A stretch of DNA of 64,000 bases. It comes from a virus. Every line of letters begins with the position of its first letter. Position 1 is the first letter of the stretch. Position numbers and translations under genes: made by a program. Location of the stretch: IMG/VR virus record IMGVR_UViG_3300010160_000025, positions 1 through 64,000 of that record. The stretch is one strand, 5' to 3'. This document shows positions 41,444-51,551 of this stretch, piece after piece. The notes beneath the pieces were generated by a model. That model was not told where the DNA came from, did no database searches, and was given only the letters and a program-made list of their open reading frames with translations.

Positions 41444-44400
41444 TTAACGATTTCTTGCGCTTCTCATAAACATGTCTAATGCTGCCATACCGCCATCTAC
41501 TTTAGAACCAGGAATATAGACCTTATTAACCATTTTAATGTCGGATCCGACTAGTCCAGGTGCAACCGTCGATTTCATATAGTTTGGACCACCAACACTT
41601 ATTGTACCTGCAATAAAGTTACCGGTATAGGTATTTGCACCACCCTGACTTAAACGGCCTGTTAAGTAAGATTTAACTGCTCGCTGTGTCGAGATTATTG
41701 CGTCAGAGTTGGCTGCAAATGTGTTGTCTGTACTAAACTGCGTTACAACTACACTCGAGTTACCTACAGCAATACCGCCTAGACTCAATGTTTGTAGACC
41801 GGTTAGTCCAAACTGTGTTGCACTTAGGGTAACTGTACCAGTTGCCTGCTGTACTCCAAATAATCCACCAACACTAAAGTTACCGTTTTCGTCTGTGCTT
41901 GAATAGAATACGTGTCCCTGATTGGTTTCAACTGCTTGATTTTGAATTTGAGCAGTTGTAATATCAGTATATGGATAGTTAGCTGTGGCCTTATTACCTG
42001 TACCAACTAACAAGAAGTCATGGTTAGTTACACGACACTGACTATATAGTTGGCGTAACTGAATGGCAGTTCCGTGTGCCGGACTCTTTGCTGTAGTCAT
42101 CTCAGGAGACACTTGAATAGTTGCTTCAATAAACGGAGCTGTGGTTCCAAATACTGCACTTGCACTAGTTACTTTATAAATCTGACTGTTCCCTGCAATA
42201 GATAAGTTGCTGCCAACCAACGGTACTGATGCTAGATTACTGACAATCAAGTTTAATCCTATCTGATATGTATCAGCATAACCATCTCCAGTAATAGTTA
42301 CCACTGTAGACGTTGTACTGTATCCAGTTCCTCTATTGATAAATGTTGGGTTGGCTATTGCGCCGTTGCCGACTCGAGGAGTTAATGTAGCAGATACTGA
42401 TACGTTATAATCTATAAGACTGATAGTAGGAGTTGTTAGTGCTGGATCATAGTTTGAGCCAGTTTCCCATAATGACAATGCAGTGATTACGCCCGAATTA
42501 ATAGTTGGGCGGCCCTGTGCCTTTGCACCTTCACTAATCGCTGTTGCATTTCCTGATTGACTACCGTCGCCAGTTAGTGTTGCAAACACTCCAATGTTTG
42601 AACTAGTTATTCCAAATACTATTGAGTCAATACTTCCGTAAGTTAGTGTTCTATTAGTCCAAGAAATACCGTGCTCGCTTGCCCATGCCGATGTACTGTC
42701 TGAGTTAATGGCAACAAATACTCCTTGGCCGTATCTTACCTTAGTAGCAGACATATAGTTTAATGATTGGGTCCAGTTAGCGCCGTCAAAACTAATTGCT
42801 GAACGTAGACCTGTGCCAGATTGAACTGCCACAAACTTGTTATTACCAAATGACACGCTAGTATATGCTGGTGCTCCTACTGAGAATGTTAACCCACTAG
42901 GTGTACCAGAGCTTGTTGTTATAGCATTAGTACCGGCAATAGCGTGTGCATATGTATCTGATAGTACAAATGTTGATTTACCGTCAGTAGCACTGATATA
43001 GTATGTGCCGTTTGTTACTGCACCGTATGTACCGGACGGAGTTAAGTTTGCACCAGTGATAACTACCGACTGTCCAACAACTAACTGCGTGGTTGTTGTT
43101 GTGCAAGTAAACTGTCCAGCACCACCGGCAATACTAACACCACTAAGTATAACATTGCTAGTTGGTAATGTTGACAATGTCCAACTAATACCGTTGGTGC
43201 TCCATGCGCTTTGTCCGTTACTATTAATAGCAAGGAATATTCCTGAACCATATGTTAAACTAACCCATGATCCTATTGAGCTAGTGATAGCTGTACTTCC
43301 ATTAATATCATCAAAGTGCATTAACAGCATGGTATTTGCATCTGGTGTAAAGGCAAACAATGAGGGCGTAAATGTGGTTGAGTATCTAGAAACGCCTCTA
43401 GTAACTCTTACTTCGTCAATATAACCAGTAGCAAAAGTTCCTCCTGTCCGTGATGCTCCTATTACTATAGGGCGTGCCGCATAGGCATTAGCATCTGTAT
43501 AAGTTGTTGGCGTTAGTGTTCCGTTGACAAACATCCTAGTTATTCCGCTAGACCTTGATATTGCTACATGGTTCCAAGATCCTGCTGAGCAGGCCACACT
43601 AGATGTAATCTGATAAGCATTGTTGACAAATAATCTTATATTTCCAGATGTATTCATCTCTAAATAGATTGCCGCATCATTTGAGGTACTACGTTGATCA
43701 AATAGTACTTGTTGTGTACCTAATGCAGTTGGTCTCCAGAAAAATTCAATTGTAAAATCTTCGTTATTATAGGCAAAGCGTGTATCACTTGCTACAGTAA
43801 CGTAACTTGAACCGTTTAAAGATAAACTAGAAATTCCAAACTTTTGTTGTGCAGTACTTATTACCGGTGTGCCGGTTAATGTTGTCGGCGTACTGCTTGG
43901 CAAACTACTTGCTGTCCATGTTTGTCCTTGATTTGTTGAGTAGGCTGCACGAGTGTTATCGCTACTAATGGCAACAAAAGTTCCGTTGCCGTACATGATT
44001 TTACTCCAAGTAGAAGTAGAAGGTAATGAACTTTGTCTCCAGCCTAATCCGTTTGAATTAGAATATGCCGCAATAGAGGCACCACCGTTAGCTGTTCCCA
44101 ATGCTATCCAATAGTTATTTCCGTAGGCAATAGTAGACCATGCTGTTATCCCTGTTGGTAATTTTATTGAAGTCCATGTTGCCCCGTCAGTTGATGATGC
44201 ACCAATAGTACCAGTTGTTGGAATAGCTATAAAATAGTTATTTCCGTAGGCAACACTAGTAAAAGATGCTCCACCAACTAGTGATGTTGCTACTGTTCCT
44301 GAAGTCTGTGAATACGGCGGAGCCGATGCTACAGTTCTAGGTTCAATAAAGTATGCACTTGTAGAATCTAGTGATATCACTGGAGGAGTTCCTGGAGTAA

Positions 44401-47400
44401 TATTATCCCATCCACTTGCGGCCATTCTCATATTACCTACACCAGTAGTTAATGTGATTGGAGTTCCTGCCTGTGCTGTGCTGATTGATAAAGTTGGATT
44501 TTGTCCGCTTGTTAAGGCAGTTATGTAATAAATGGTATAAGAGTTTACTCCGCCAAATAGACTAGTTGAGAATGTTCCATTCATAGTACTAATGTTTCCA
44601 ATACTATGTGTAACTACTGTCTTGGCTCCGGTAGTAGTTAGTGTCATTGACCCAGTACCGCCTCCTAATGTCAGCGGTTCCGGGCATGTTCTTGCCTGTA
44701 TTAAACCACTTCTATTAGTCAATATATACGGGTTTGTTTTATCTGAGCTGATTGTAATTTTATTAGTAACAGCATTAATTGTTAAAATATAGTATACAGT
44801 TTCAGGAGCAATGTTACCAAATGTTCTTCCTGCCTGTATTCCGCTGAATATTATAGGTTGTCCTGCAATAAATCCAGTTACGTCATCAACTGTAACTAGG
44901 TTAGTGCTGAACTCTGTATTAGTTACAGTTGTTCTAATAATGCTAGATGCAAGATTAAAGCTGGCAGCATCAACAATATTGCTGATATAATAAACTACGC
45001 CTGGTTGAATTGCCGCGTCAAATATTGTTCCGCTGAACACTACTGGAGTCATTGGCACTAACGACGTTGTTGTGGCTTTTACTTGATTAATAGGAGTACT
45101 AACTGGCGTACCAACAGTTTCAACAGTAGTTAACTTTACAAGAGTCGTAGATATTGTAAAGTTATTTGAGTCAACGATCTCGTTAATATAATAGTTTGTT
45201 CCTAGTACTACACCACCTAATGCTACACCGGTGAACTGTATAGGAATATTTGGAACCATATTTGCAGTTGGTGCTTTAATGTATCCAGAATATCTTGGAT
45301 AAGACATAGTCTGAGAACCAGTTGCTACGTTATTTAGATCAATAGGGTTACCCGATAGCGTAGTTGATATTTGTATTGCATTATTCACATAATCGATATC
45401 GGTAATATAATATTGGTATCCTGGAGTGATGTTAAAAGGACCTTCGCCGAATGTTACTGGCATGTTCAATAATAAACTAGCAGTAGGTATAGAAATGGTG
45501 TTTATAGTACCTCCAGCAGTGGCAGTAGCAACCACAGTGTCAACAGATGTTGATGTTGCCGTTGTTGTATAGTAAGTTGGAATAAACTGTACTGCTTGAT
45601 TTACATACCACGGGCTTACGTCAGTTCCTGATGCCAATGTTAGTAAGTTATTAGCCGGTGTTGAGTTATATGTTGATGTTATTATAGTTAACGGATCATA
45701 ACTTTCTTTTAATACCAGTGCTGTTTTAGTAGCAATACCATTTGAGTCAACTCCAGCGGCATTGTTATAGTATGAAATAAATCCATACTGGCCTGCTCCT
45801 GTTCCTGAGTTAATAAAAACACGCATACCAAGATAGTTATAAAGTCCTTGATCAGTTGATGCTAGTTTAATACTATAAGTGCCACCGTCTTGGGCAGTAT
45901 TTGAGCTATTGGCATATCCTGCTCCGCCGGTAAAACCATTGTTGTCTGTTGTAATCCTTGCATTAAATATTGCTTGACTGCGAGGTTCGTCTCCAGATAA
46001 TACAGCATTAGCACCTGCTCCTACTACTTCATAGTTTGCATATGCTGTAAATCTATTAGTTGTTGTTTCAAGATAGAACTTTGGAGAAACTGTATTGCCT
46101 GATATTTCTACTTGGCTTCCGTAAATTATTGAATAAGTGTTTGCTATAGGTGCATTGGCGCCTTGTGGGAAAAACTTAAATGTTAAAGTATTATTAACGC
46201 CTACTGAGTCACTAACTGAGAACCAAACTCTATACCAACCATTTACTAGAGTTTTTTGTGCGCCATAACTAGTTGGTAATATTCCGCCATTTGCTGAACT
46301 TGTAAGACTTGTTCCGCTATACGGTGTCACTGTGTGACTAGATACGTTATAGTTAATACCGCTGGTCACTGTAGTTGTTCCAGAAAACACAGCTTGAATA
46401 TCAACACTTGCTGATGTTCCTGCATATACATATAGACTTAATGTATATGCTTGACTGCTACCAAAAGGTACAGTTCCTGTTGATGCTGAAATAGTAGAAA
46501 TACTAGTACCTGATAAGTTACCTACAACAATTGTTAAATCATTATCAGTATCTATTCCGCCAAGCACTGACCCTTTAATAAGGATATTATTTCCTGTTTG
46601 ATATAGTGATCCTCCTGTATTTACTGTTACTACATATGCAGTAGGTGTAACGGTAATATTAAATGTTGCACTGTTGCCAGGAGCACCTTCCTGAGTAGCG
46701 CCGCTAATATTAGTATATGTGTACCCTGCTGGATTGATTTCTATAATTTGTTGTATATAGCCTGTACCTTGAGTTCCTGTTGATCCTGTAAGTAACCATG
46801 CTTCTGTATAACCTGTTGGTGCAGTACTATTTTTAATAAACGATAAGTTAGCATCGTTAGTCCAAGTTGTAAGAAACTCATTACTATATTTTAGCATATT
46901 AGTTACAGGTGTATAATATCCTGAACCGGCATTGTTATAGTTTAACTTTAATAGTTGGTCAGTTGTACCAAACGCACTGGTAACAGTAGCTTGAACTTGT
47001 TGTGATTGGTTATTTACTGTTCCGCTTAACGGAACTTCTGTTAAGTCATAGCCTTCACTAACAACTCCAAATGTACCATATGAGCTATTACCGTTGGCTG
47101 AACGAATACGCCCGCCAGCTTCTGCAAAATATCCGGCATAGGCATAGTATGAGAATACTGAAATAGCTTCTGTAATCGCGCCAGGGCCTGTACACCAAAT
47201 ACCAATACCGTCACTTATTACCATGGTATAGTCATTAGATACAATCGATTTACTTCCGCCGTTGTGTAATGTACCATCTATCTTGATGCCAGTGGCGCCA
47301 TCACCAAATACTGTTAAGTTTTGTGCATATGGACTTTTACGAATAATCCAGACACTAGTATCGTTTGGTCCGTTTCCTGGATCTAAACTAGTATATGCAG

Positions 47401-50400
47401 GGCCGGTTGGTCTTGCAGTTGTATATTGATTAACGCCAGTAATTGTTCCTTTTAATCCGTATAATGACAAGTTACGAATGGTTGTTCCGTTACGCATTAA
47501 GAACATGTTCTTTAAACAGTCTCCTGCATAGACTGTCATACTACCGCTGCCGTTTTCAAACTGCACCAGATTTCCGCTAGCAGTAAGTGTTCGAATAGTG
47601 CCGCCTACTGATTGATTAGCCGGTACAAATACATATCCGTCAGCTAAGGGGTATCCTATACATAAAGTAATAGTAGCAATACTATTAACATTTTGAGAGA
47701 AAGCATATACATAGGTATTATTTGCAACGGCAACACCTGTTATTTTCATTCCAACTGCTAGTGATGTAATGTTAATAACATTTGATATAATATTACTGCC
47801 GATAACACCACTGCCTGTAAATGTAAATGTGGGTCCATCATTTATTTGTAATGACGTGCTAGTAATACTACTGCCCACAACATAATATGTTTGTCCTGAT
47901 GTTATTCCGCCAAACGATGTTATTGCATTGTTAACTGGAGGACTAATAAACTGCAATGGCATTTGATCTGTTAATCCCACAGTACTGTTGACAACCATAG
48001 TATTTGCAGTTGCCGGGTTGCCGGTAGCAATAGTGTCAGTACAATACATTGTAATGTTAGTTGCTGGTTGGACTACTGAACTTCGTAGTTCGTCACCAAC
48101 AATTGAAACGTTTTCTGGAATAACAATGGGTAACTGTTCACTGTATGTTCCGGTCTTAACATTAATTATTGCAGTGATTCCTGTGTTAGAACTAGGTACT
48201 AGGTAAGTATTTTGATTAGTTAATGCTGTAGTAACTATAGACATTAGACTTGAAATATTAGTAGCTATATTAGTTTCAGCGGCAAAACTGTTGTTAATAG
48301 TTTGATACACAACACTAGTTGCGGCTACTCCATTAGTTGTTTGATAGTTAACAGCTGGCACAGTATTAGTTACAACACTCTGCATCAATGATAACAAATA
48401 GTTAAGTGCTGGACTGTAATAAACAACAGAGGCTGCGGTTAAACTGTTTATAAACTGATCTTTAGTACCAACAAAGAAATATGATAAGGTAGCCGCGACT
48501 ATTTGACTATTGCCACCTCGTTTTAAATCGTAAATCACTGCATCAATAATTCTTTCAGCATCGCGTTGGGTGTAGTTTATATCCCATAGACTATCTGCAC
48601 TAAATGGACTGTTGTTTTGTTGCATTTGATAAAACATCCATTGTAGCATTTCTGCGACCATAAATCCTTTGTTGGCTTTTAATAATGCCACTGCATTTGG
48701 AAAATAAAATCCTGCTGTGACAGTGTCGCAAGCATATCTAATGCTTTTCCAAGGTTGATCCCATGTTCTACCAAAATGTGCAGAGTCAATACCACTGTAT
48801 GCGTCAACATAGTATACTGATGCTACTACGTTTGTTTTTTTCCAGTTGGGTACGTCAGTTAATACAGCTAATACGTATGTGTCAATCTCGCCAAGTGGAC
48901 TAGTAATAGGCAATACGCTAGGTTTTCCGTCTTTGAATGTTCTTAAATCGCCTTGAACATTTAGCGAGTTATTAAGATCATGTGCAATTAACAGTATCCA
49001 ATTAGATGCTCTAGTATCTTGATCAGGACTGATAGTCAGTGATGACGATTGGTAGTTTATACAGACATATGTACCGTTAGCCCAAGAAACTACATCACCA
49101 ACAAAATAAGTATTTCCAGAAGCCCAGCGATTGGCCCATTGTTGTCCAGGGATTAACAAAGACCAATAGACTGAGTTTATACCAACTAATGATACTACTT
49201 GACCATCAGTTATAGTAGCATCTGGTGCTTTTGATAATGTAATGTAGTGGTTAGTCCCAGTAATAGTGGTTGATGTTGCAGTTTGGTTAGTTGCAACAGT
49301 CCAGGTATTTCCTGATCCAGCACTAATATATGCGCCCGATGTTATACCACTTCCTGAAAGTTCCATGCCAATCTCAAACGTACCAGTGATACTGCCAGAT
49401 AGTGTTAAAACACTAGCATTAGCTAGAATTATTGTAGTCGGTGTTAGAGTACTATATGTTCCAGGGTCAATAGCATAACTCAATGTGATGCTAGTGGTAG
49501 AACTAGCTGTACATAATACAGTAGCATTGGTGTTAAGATTACTGTTGCCGCTTACAACATACTGCACACCAGTAGCTGGCGCAGATGCTTGTGTTGGTAT
49601 TGCATATGTTACTAGATAAGGACCTGTTCCTGTTTTAGATGTAAAGGAACTGATAGTTATACTTGTTGGCGCTGTGAGAGTAGCTGTGGCCGATGCTGTG
49701 TTAGTTACAACAGTTGATACTTTTTGTCCGCTAAAAAAACTATCGCTTGATAGTGTCATTCCTGGAGAAATATTAGTAACGGATGACACATTTAGTTTAG
49801 TTCCTGAACTACCAACAGCAACATAACTAGTACTCACAGTAGCAGTATTAGGATCTTGTGCAGTACTGTTTGCAGTTGCTTTATACAAAAGACCATTACG
49901 TGCTACTAGGTCTCCAGGCATATAACTAGCGCCAGACGTCCAAGTATTTCTTGAGTTGTATCCAATATTAAACAATGACCAGTTGGCAGTACTAGTGTTT
50001 GGAGAGTTACTTAGATTGTTTGCTGTTTTGCTGATGTATGCATTGCCGCCAAACAAGACTGAGTCGCCAATTTGATATGTAGTTGCATTTGACCATATCA
50101 GTTTAAATAACTGCCCTGGAGTATACATACTAAAGTTACTAGCATTGAATGTAGAACTTGCCGAGTGATACTGTGTGCAAATGTAAATATTGCCGTTAAG
50201 TTTAACTAAGTCGTTTAGTTTGTATCGTGTGCCAGAACTCCATGCGCCTTTATAATCAACGCCAGAGTAATATACAGTCCAGTTTGCTGAATTTGTTTCA
50301 AGTCCAAGAATATTATCGGCAGCACTGGTATGATTAGCTGTACATTTATAAACAATGCCGCCATATTTTACAACATCGTTAACACCGTAAATTGTGTTAG

Positions 50401-50773
50401 TAGTCCATGTTGTTTTCCACCCATCAGACTCTGTATATTCAGTCCAGTTTGCCACATCGGCCGCAAAAGTAGTACTAGTATGTGCAGTTGATGAGTAGTA
50501 AACTTTGCCGCCAAAAACAACAATATGTCCGACACCGTATGAGTAGTTAGTTAGCCACGGACCTGTCCATGTCTTACCGTCAACTACCAGTGCCCAGCAA
50601 GGAAAAGTAGCATACAAATCTGTATAAAAATTTGCGCTGGATGTATTTGGAATTAGGCAAGTGTATGCTTTACCGTCATTAAGAATTACATCGTCTCGTG
50701 CGTATACAGTACTAGGAGCCCATGCGCCTGCCCATGTATATCGTAGTCTACCTATCTTAAATTCTGCTGCCAT
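41444..50773 (-). CDS. Giant virion fibre/structural protein (3109 aa), paralogue of 31026..41390, with LamG/ConA-like domain
   Basis: Shared N-terminus (EFKIGR), IVGDELRS, GNSSYGT.GV, C-terminal TQFSTD..ANSD; LamG-like DFTIEF..WNHVAI..GYIDEVRVT. Confidence 0.8.
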   Translation of the reverse strand: MAAEFKIGRLRYTWAGAWAPSTVYARDDVILNDGKAYTCLIPNTSSANFYTDLYATFPCWALVVDGKTWTGPWLTNYSYGVGHIVVFGGKVYYSSTAHTSTTFAADVANWTEYTESDGWKTTWTTNTIYGVNDVVKYGGIVYKCTANHTSAADNILGLETNSANWTVYYSGVDYKGAWSSGTRYKLNDLVKLNGNIYICTQYHSASSTFNASNFSMYTPGQLFKLIWSNATTYQIGDSVLFGGNAYISKTANNLSNSPNTSTANWSLFNIGYNSRNTWTSGASYMPGDLVARNGLLYKATANSTAQDPNTATVSTSYVAVGSSGTKLNVSSVTNISPGMTLSSDSFFSGQKVSTVVTNTASATATLTAPTSITISSFTSKTGTGPYLVTYAIPTQASAPATGVQYVVSGNSNLNTNATVLCTASSTTSITLSYAIDPGTYSTLTPTTIILANASVLTLSGSITGTFEIGMELSGSGITSGAYISAGSGNTWTVATNQTATSTTITGTNHYITLSKAPDATITDGQVVSLVGINSVYWSLLIPGQQWANRWASGNTYFVGDVVSWANGTYVCINYQSSSLTISPDQDTRASNWILLIAHDLNNSLNVQGDLRTFKDGKPSVLPITSPLGEIDTYVLAVLTDVPNWKKTNVVASVYYVDAYSGIDSAHFGRTWDQPWKSIRYACDTVTAGFYFPNAVALLKANKGFMVAEMLQWMFYQMQQNNSPFSADSLWDINYTQRDAERIIDAVIYDLKRGGNSQIVAATLSYFFVGTKDQFINSLTAASVVYYSPALNYLLSLMQSVVTNTVPAVNYQTTNGVAATSVVYQTINNSFAAETNIATNISSLMSIVTTALTNQNTYLVPSSNTGITAIINVKTGTYSEQLPIVIPENVSIVGDELRSSVVQPATNITMYCTDTIATGNPATANTMVVNSTVGLTDQMPLQFISPPVNNAITSFGGITSGQTYYVVGSSITSTSLQINDGPTFTFTGSGVIGSNIISNVINITSLAVGMKITGVAVANNTYVYAFSQNVNSIATITLCIGYPLADGYVFVPANQSVGGTIRTLTASGNLVQFENGSGSMTVYAGDCLKNMFLMRNGTTIRNLSLYGLKGTITGVNQYTTARPTGPAYTSLDPGNGPNDTSVWIIRKSPYAQNLTVFGDGATGIKIDGTLHNGGSKSIVSNDYTMVISDGIGIWCTGPGAITEAISVFSYYAYAGYFAEAGGRIRSANGNSSYGTFGVVSEGYDLTEVPLSGTVNNQSQQVQATVTSAFGTTDQLLKLNYNNAGSGYYTPVTNMLKYSNEFLTTWTNDANLSFIKNSTAPTGYTEAWLLTGSTGTQGTGYIQQIIEINPAGYTYTNISGATQEGAPGNSATFNITVTPTAYVVTVNTGGSLYQTGNNILIKGSVLGGIDTDNDLTIVVGNLSGTSISTISASTGTVPFGSSQAYTLSLYVYAGTSASVDIQAVFSGTTTVTSGINYNVSSHTVTPYSGTSLTSSANGGILPTSYGAQKTLVNGWYRVWFSVSDSVGVNNTLTFKFFPQGANAPIANTYSIIYGSQVEISGNTVSPKFYLETTTNRFTAYANYEVVGAGANAVLSGDEPRSQAIFNARITTDNNGFTGGAGYANSSNTAQDGGTYSIKLASTDQGLYNYLGMRVFINSGTGAGQYGFISYYNNAAGVDSNGIATKTALVLKESYDPLTIITSTYNSTPANNLLTLASGTDVSPWYVNQAVQFIPTYYTTTATSTSVDTVVATATAGGTINTISIPTASLLLNMPVTFGEGPFNITPGYQYYITDIDYVNNAIQISTTLSGNPIDLNNVATGSQTMSYPRYSGYIKAPTANMVPNIPIQFTGVALGGVVLGTNYYINEIVDSNNFTISTTLVKLTTVETVGTPVSTPINQVKATTTSLVPMTPVVFSGTIFDAAIQPGVVYYISNIVDAASFNLASSIIRTTVTNTEFSTNLVTVDDVTGFIAGQPIIFSGIQAGRTFGNIAPETVYYILTINAVTNKITISSDKTNPYILTNRSGLIQARTCPEPLTLGGGTGSMTLTTTGAKTVVTHSIGNISTMNGTFSTSLFGGVNSYTIYYITALTSGQNPTLSISTAQAGTPITLTTGVGNMRMAASGWDNITPGTPPVISLDSTSAYFIEPRTVASAPPYSQTSGTVATSLVGGASFTSVAYGNNYFIAIPTTGTIGASSTDGATWTSIKLPTGITAWSTIAYGNNYWIALGTANGGASIAAYSNSNGLGWRQSSLPSTSTWSKIMYGNGTFVAISSDNTRAAYSTNQGQTWTASSLPSSTPTTLTGTPVISTAQQKFGISSLSLNGSSYVTVASDTRFAYNNEDFTIEFFWRPTALGTQQVLFDQRSTSNDAAIYLEMNTSGNIRLFVNNAYQITSSVACSAGSWNHVAISRSSGITRMFVNGTLTPTTYTDANAYAARPIVIGASRTGGTFATGYIDEVRVTRGVSRYSTTFTPSLFAFTPDANTMLLMHFDDINGSTAITSSIGSWVSLTYGSGIFLAINSNGQSAWSTNGISWTLSTLPTSNVILSGVSIAGGAGQFTCTTTTTQLVVGQSVVITGANLTPSGTYGAVTNGTYYISATDGKSTFVLSDTYAHAIAGTNAITTSSGTPSGLTFSVGAPAYTSVSFGNNKFVAVQSGTGLRSAISFDGANWTQSLNYMSATKVRYGQGVFVAINSDSTSAWASEHGISWTNRTLTYGSIDSIVFGITSSNIGVFATLTGDGSQSGNATAISEGAKAQGRPTINSGVITALSLWETGSNYDPALTTPTISLIDYNVSVSATLTPRVGNGAIANPTFINRGTGYSTTSTVVTITGDGYADTYQIGLNLIVSNLASVPLVGSNLSIAGNSQIYKVTSASAVFGTTAPFIEATIQVSPEMTTAKSPAHGTAIQLRQLYSQCRVTNHDFLLVGTGNKATANYPYTDITTAQIQNQAVETNQGHVFYSSTDENGNFSVGGLFGVQQATGTVTLSATQFGLTGLQTLSLGGIAVGNSSVVVTQFSTDNTFAANSDAIISTQRAVKSYLTGRLSQGGANTYTGNFIAGTISVGGPNYMKSTVAPGLVGSDIKMVNKVYIPGSKVDGGMAALDMFMRSARNR

Positions 50774-50797
50774 GTTATATTTTCCTTATCTCTCTAT

Positions 50798-50805
50798 TAC
50801 TTATC
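50798..50805 (-). promoter_or_regulatory. Late-type promoter GATAAGTA
   Basis: 24 nt before ATG 50773 with AAGGA SD. Confidence 0.55.
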
Positions 50806-50813
50806 TGTTTGTT

Positions 50814-51188
50814 TTAACTTACAATTTGGCTTTGATCATATACATATGCTTGATTAATTCTTACCACTAGTTCGCCGTTAGCGTTGATATAGTAATAACA
50901 ATTTTTACCGTCAAATCGATATTGGTCAAATGTTAAATTTGGATAGGGACGACTGTGATCAGTTGCTAATCGACCATCAAAGAAATCAATACCATACTCA
51001 AAATTTTCAAAATTTCCATCGTTTGGTCCCGGTGCATTTAGTGTAATTGTATCAAAATCTTTGAGCTGGTCAATTTTATAAAAATAAAGTGTACCGTCAT
51101 CTGTGCGTTGTAGTCCGTAGAAAAATCTAGGATTACCTTCACCTAATATATCATTTAAACTAAGTTCGCCGCCTGCATAATAAGTCAT
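50814..51188 (-). CDS. Small acidic/aromatic hypothetical virion-region protein
   Basis: Good SD, within a structural operon; FYGLQRTDDG, QYRFD, YYINANGELVVRIN. Confidence 0.6.
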   Translation of the reverse strand: MTYYAGGELSLNDILGEGNPRFFYGLQRTDDGTLYFYKIDQLKDFDTITLNAPGPNDGNFENFEYGIDFFDGRLATDHSRPYPNLTFDQYRFDGKNCYYYINANGELVVRINQAYVYDQSQIVS

Positions 51189-51199
51189 AATCTTTTCCT

Positions 51200-51544
51200 T
51201 TAAACTATTTCAACGTAGCTCATTACCAAATCTAAACTACTATCAAAGTTTGCACTCATCTTAATACTTGTGGATGGTCCCAATACTAACTTTTCACCGC
51301 CGTTAACTACTCTCAAACTTTGATTAGGCGGTATAACAACTTCTTTTATGAAGTATGCTGTAACTGGACTTCCGCTGTTGCCTGTTGGATCCGTTAATCT
51401 AATATTGGCCAGCACAATACCGTTGGTCATGTTGGTCAAACTAAGACCAATAACAGTAGTCTTTGCGTTTGCGCCTGTGGTTAAGATAGTAGACTCCACT
51501 GTTCCTAAACCTGTTTTTAATACGTTTTTAAAATTCGTTGCCAT
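51200..51544 (-). CDS. Small beta-rich virion protein
   Basis: MATNFKN..TTVIGLSLTN..IPPNQSL..GEKLVL..SLDLVMSYVEI; paralogue of 30648 and 58203. Confidence 0.65.
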   Translation of the reverse strand: MATNFKNVLKTGLGTVESTILTTGANAKTTVIGLSLTNMTNGIVLANIRLTDPTGNSGSPVTAYFIKEVVIPPNQSLRVVNGGEKLVLGPSTSIKMSANFDSSLDLVMSYVEIV

Positions 51545-51551
51545 TTTTCTA

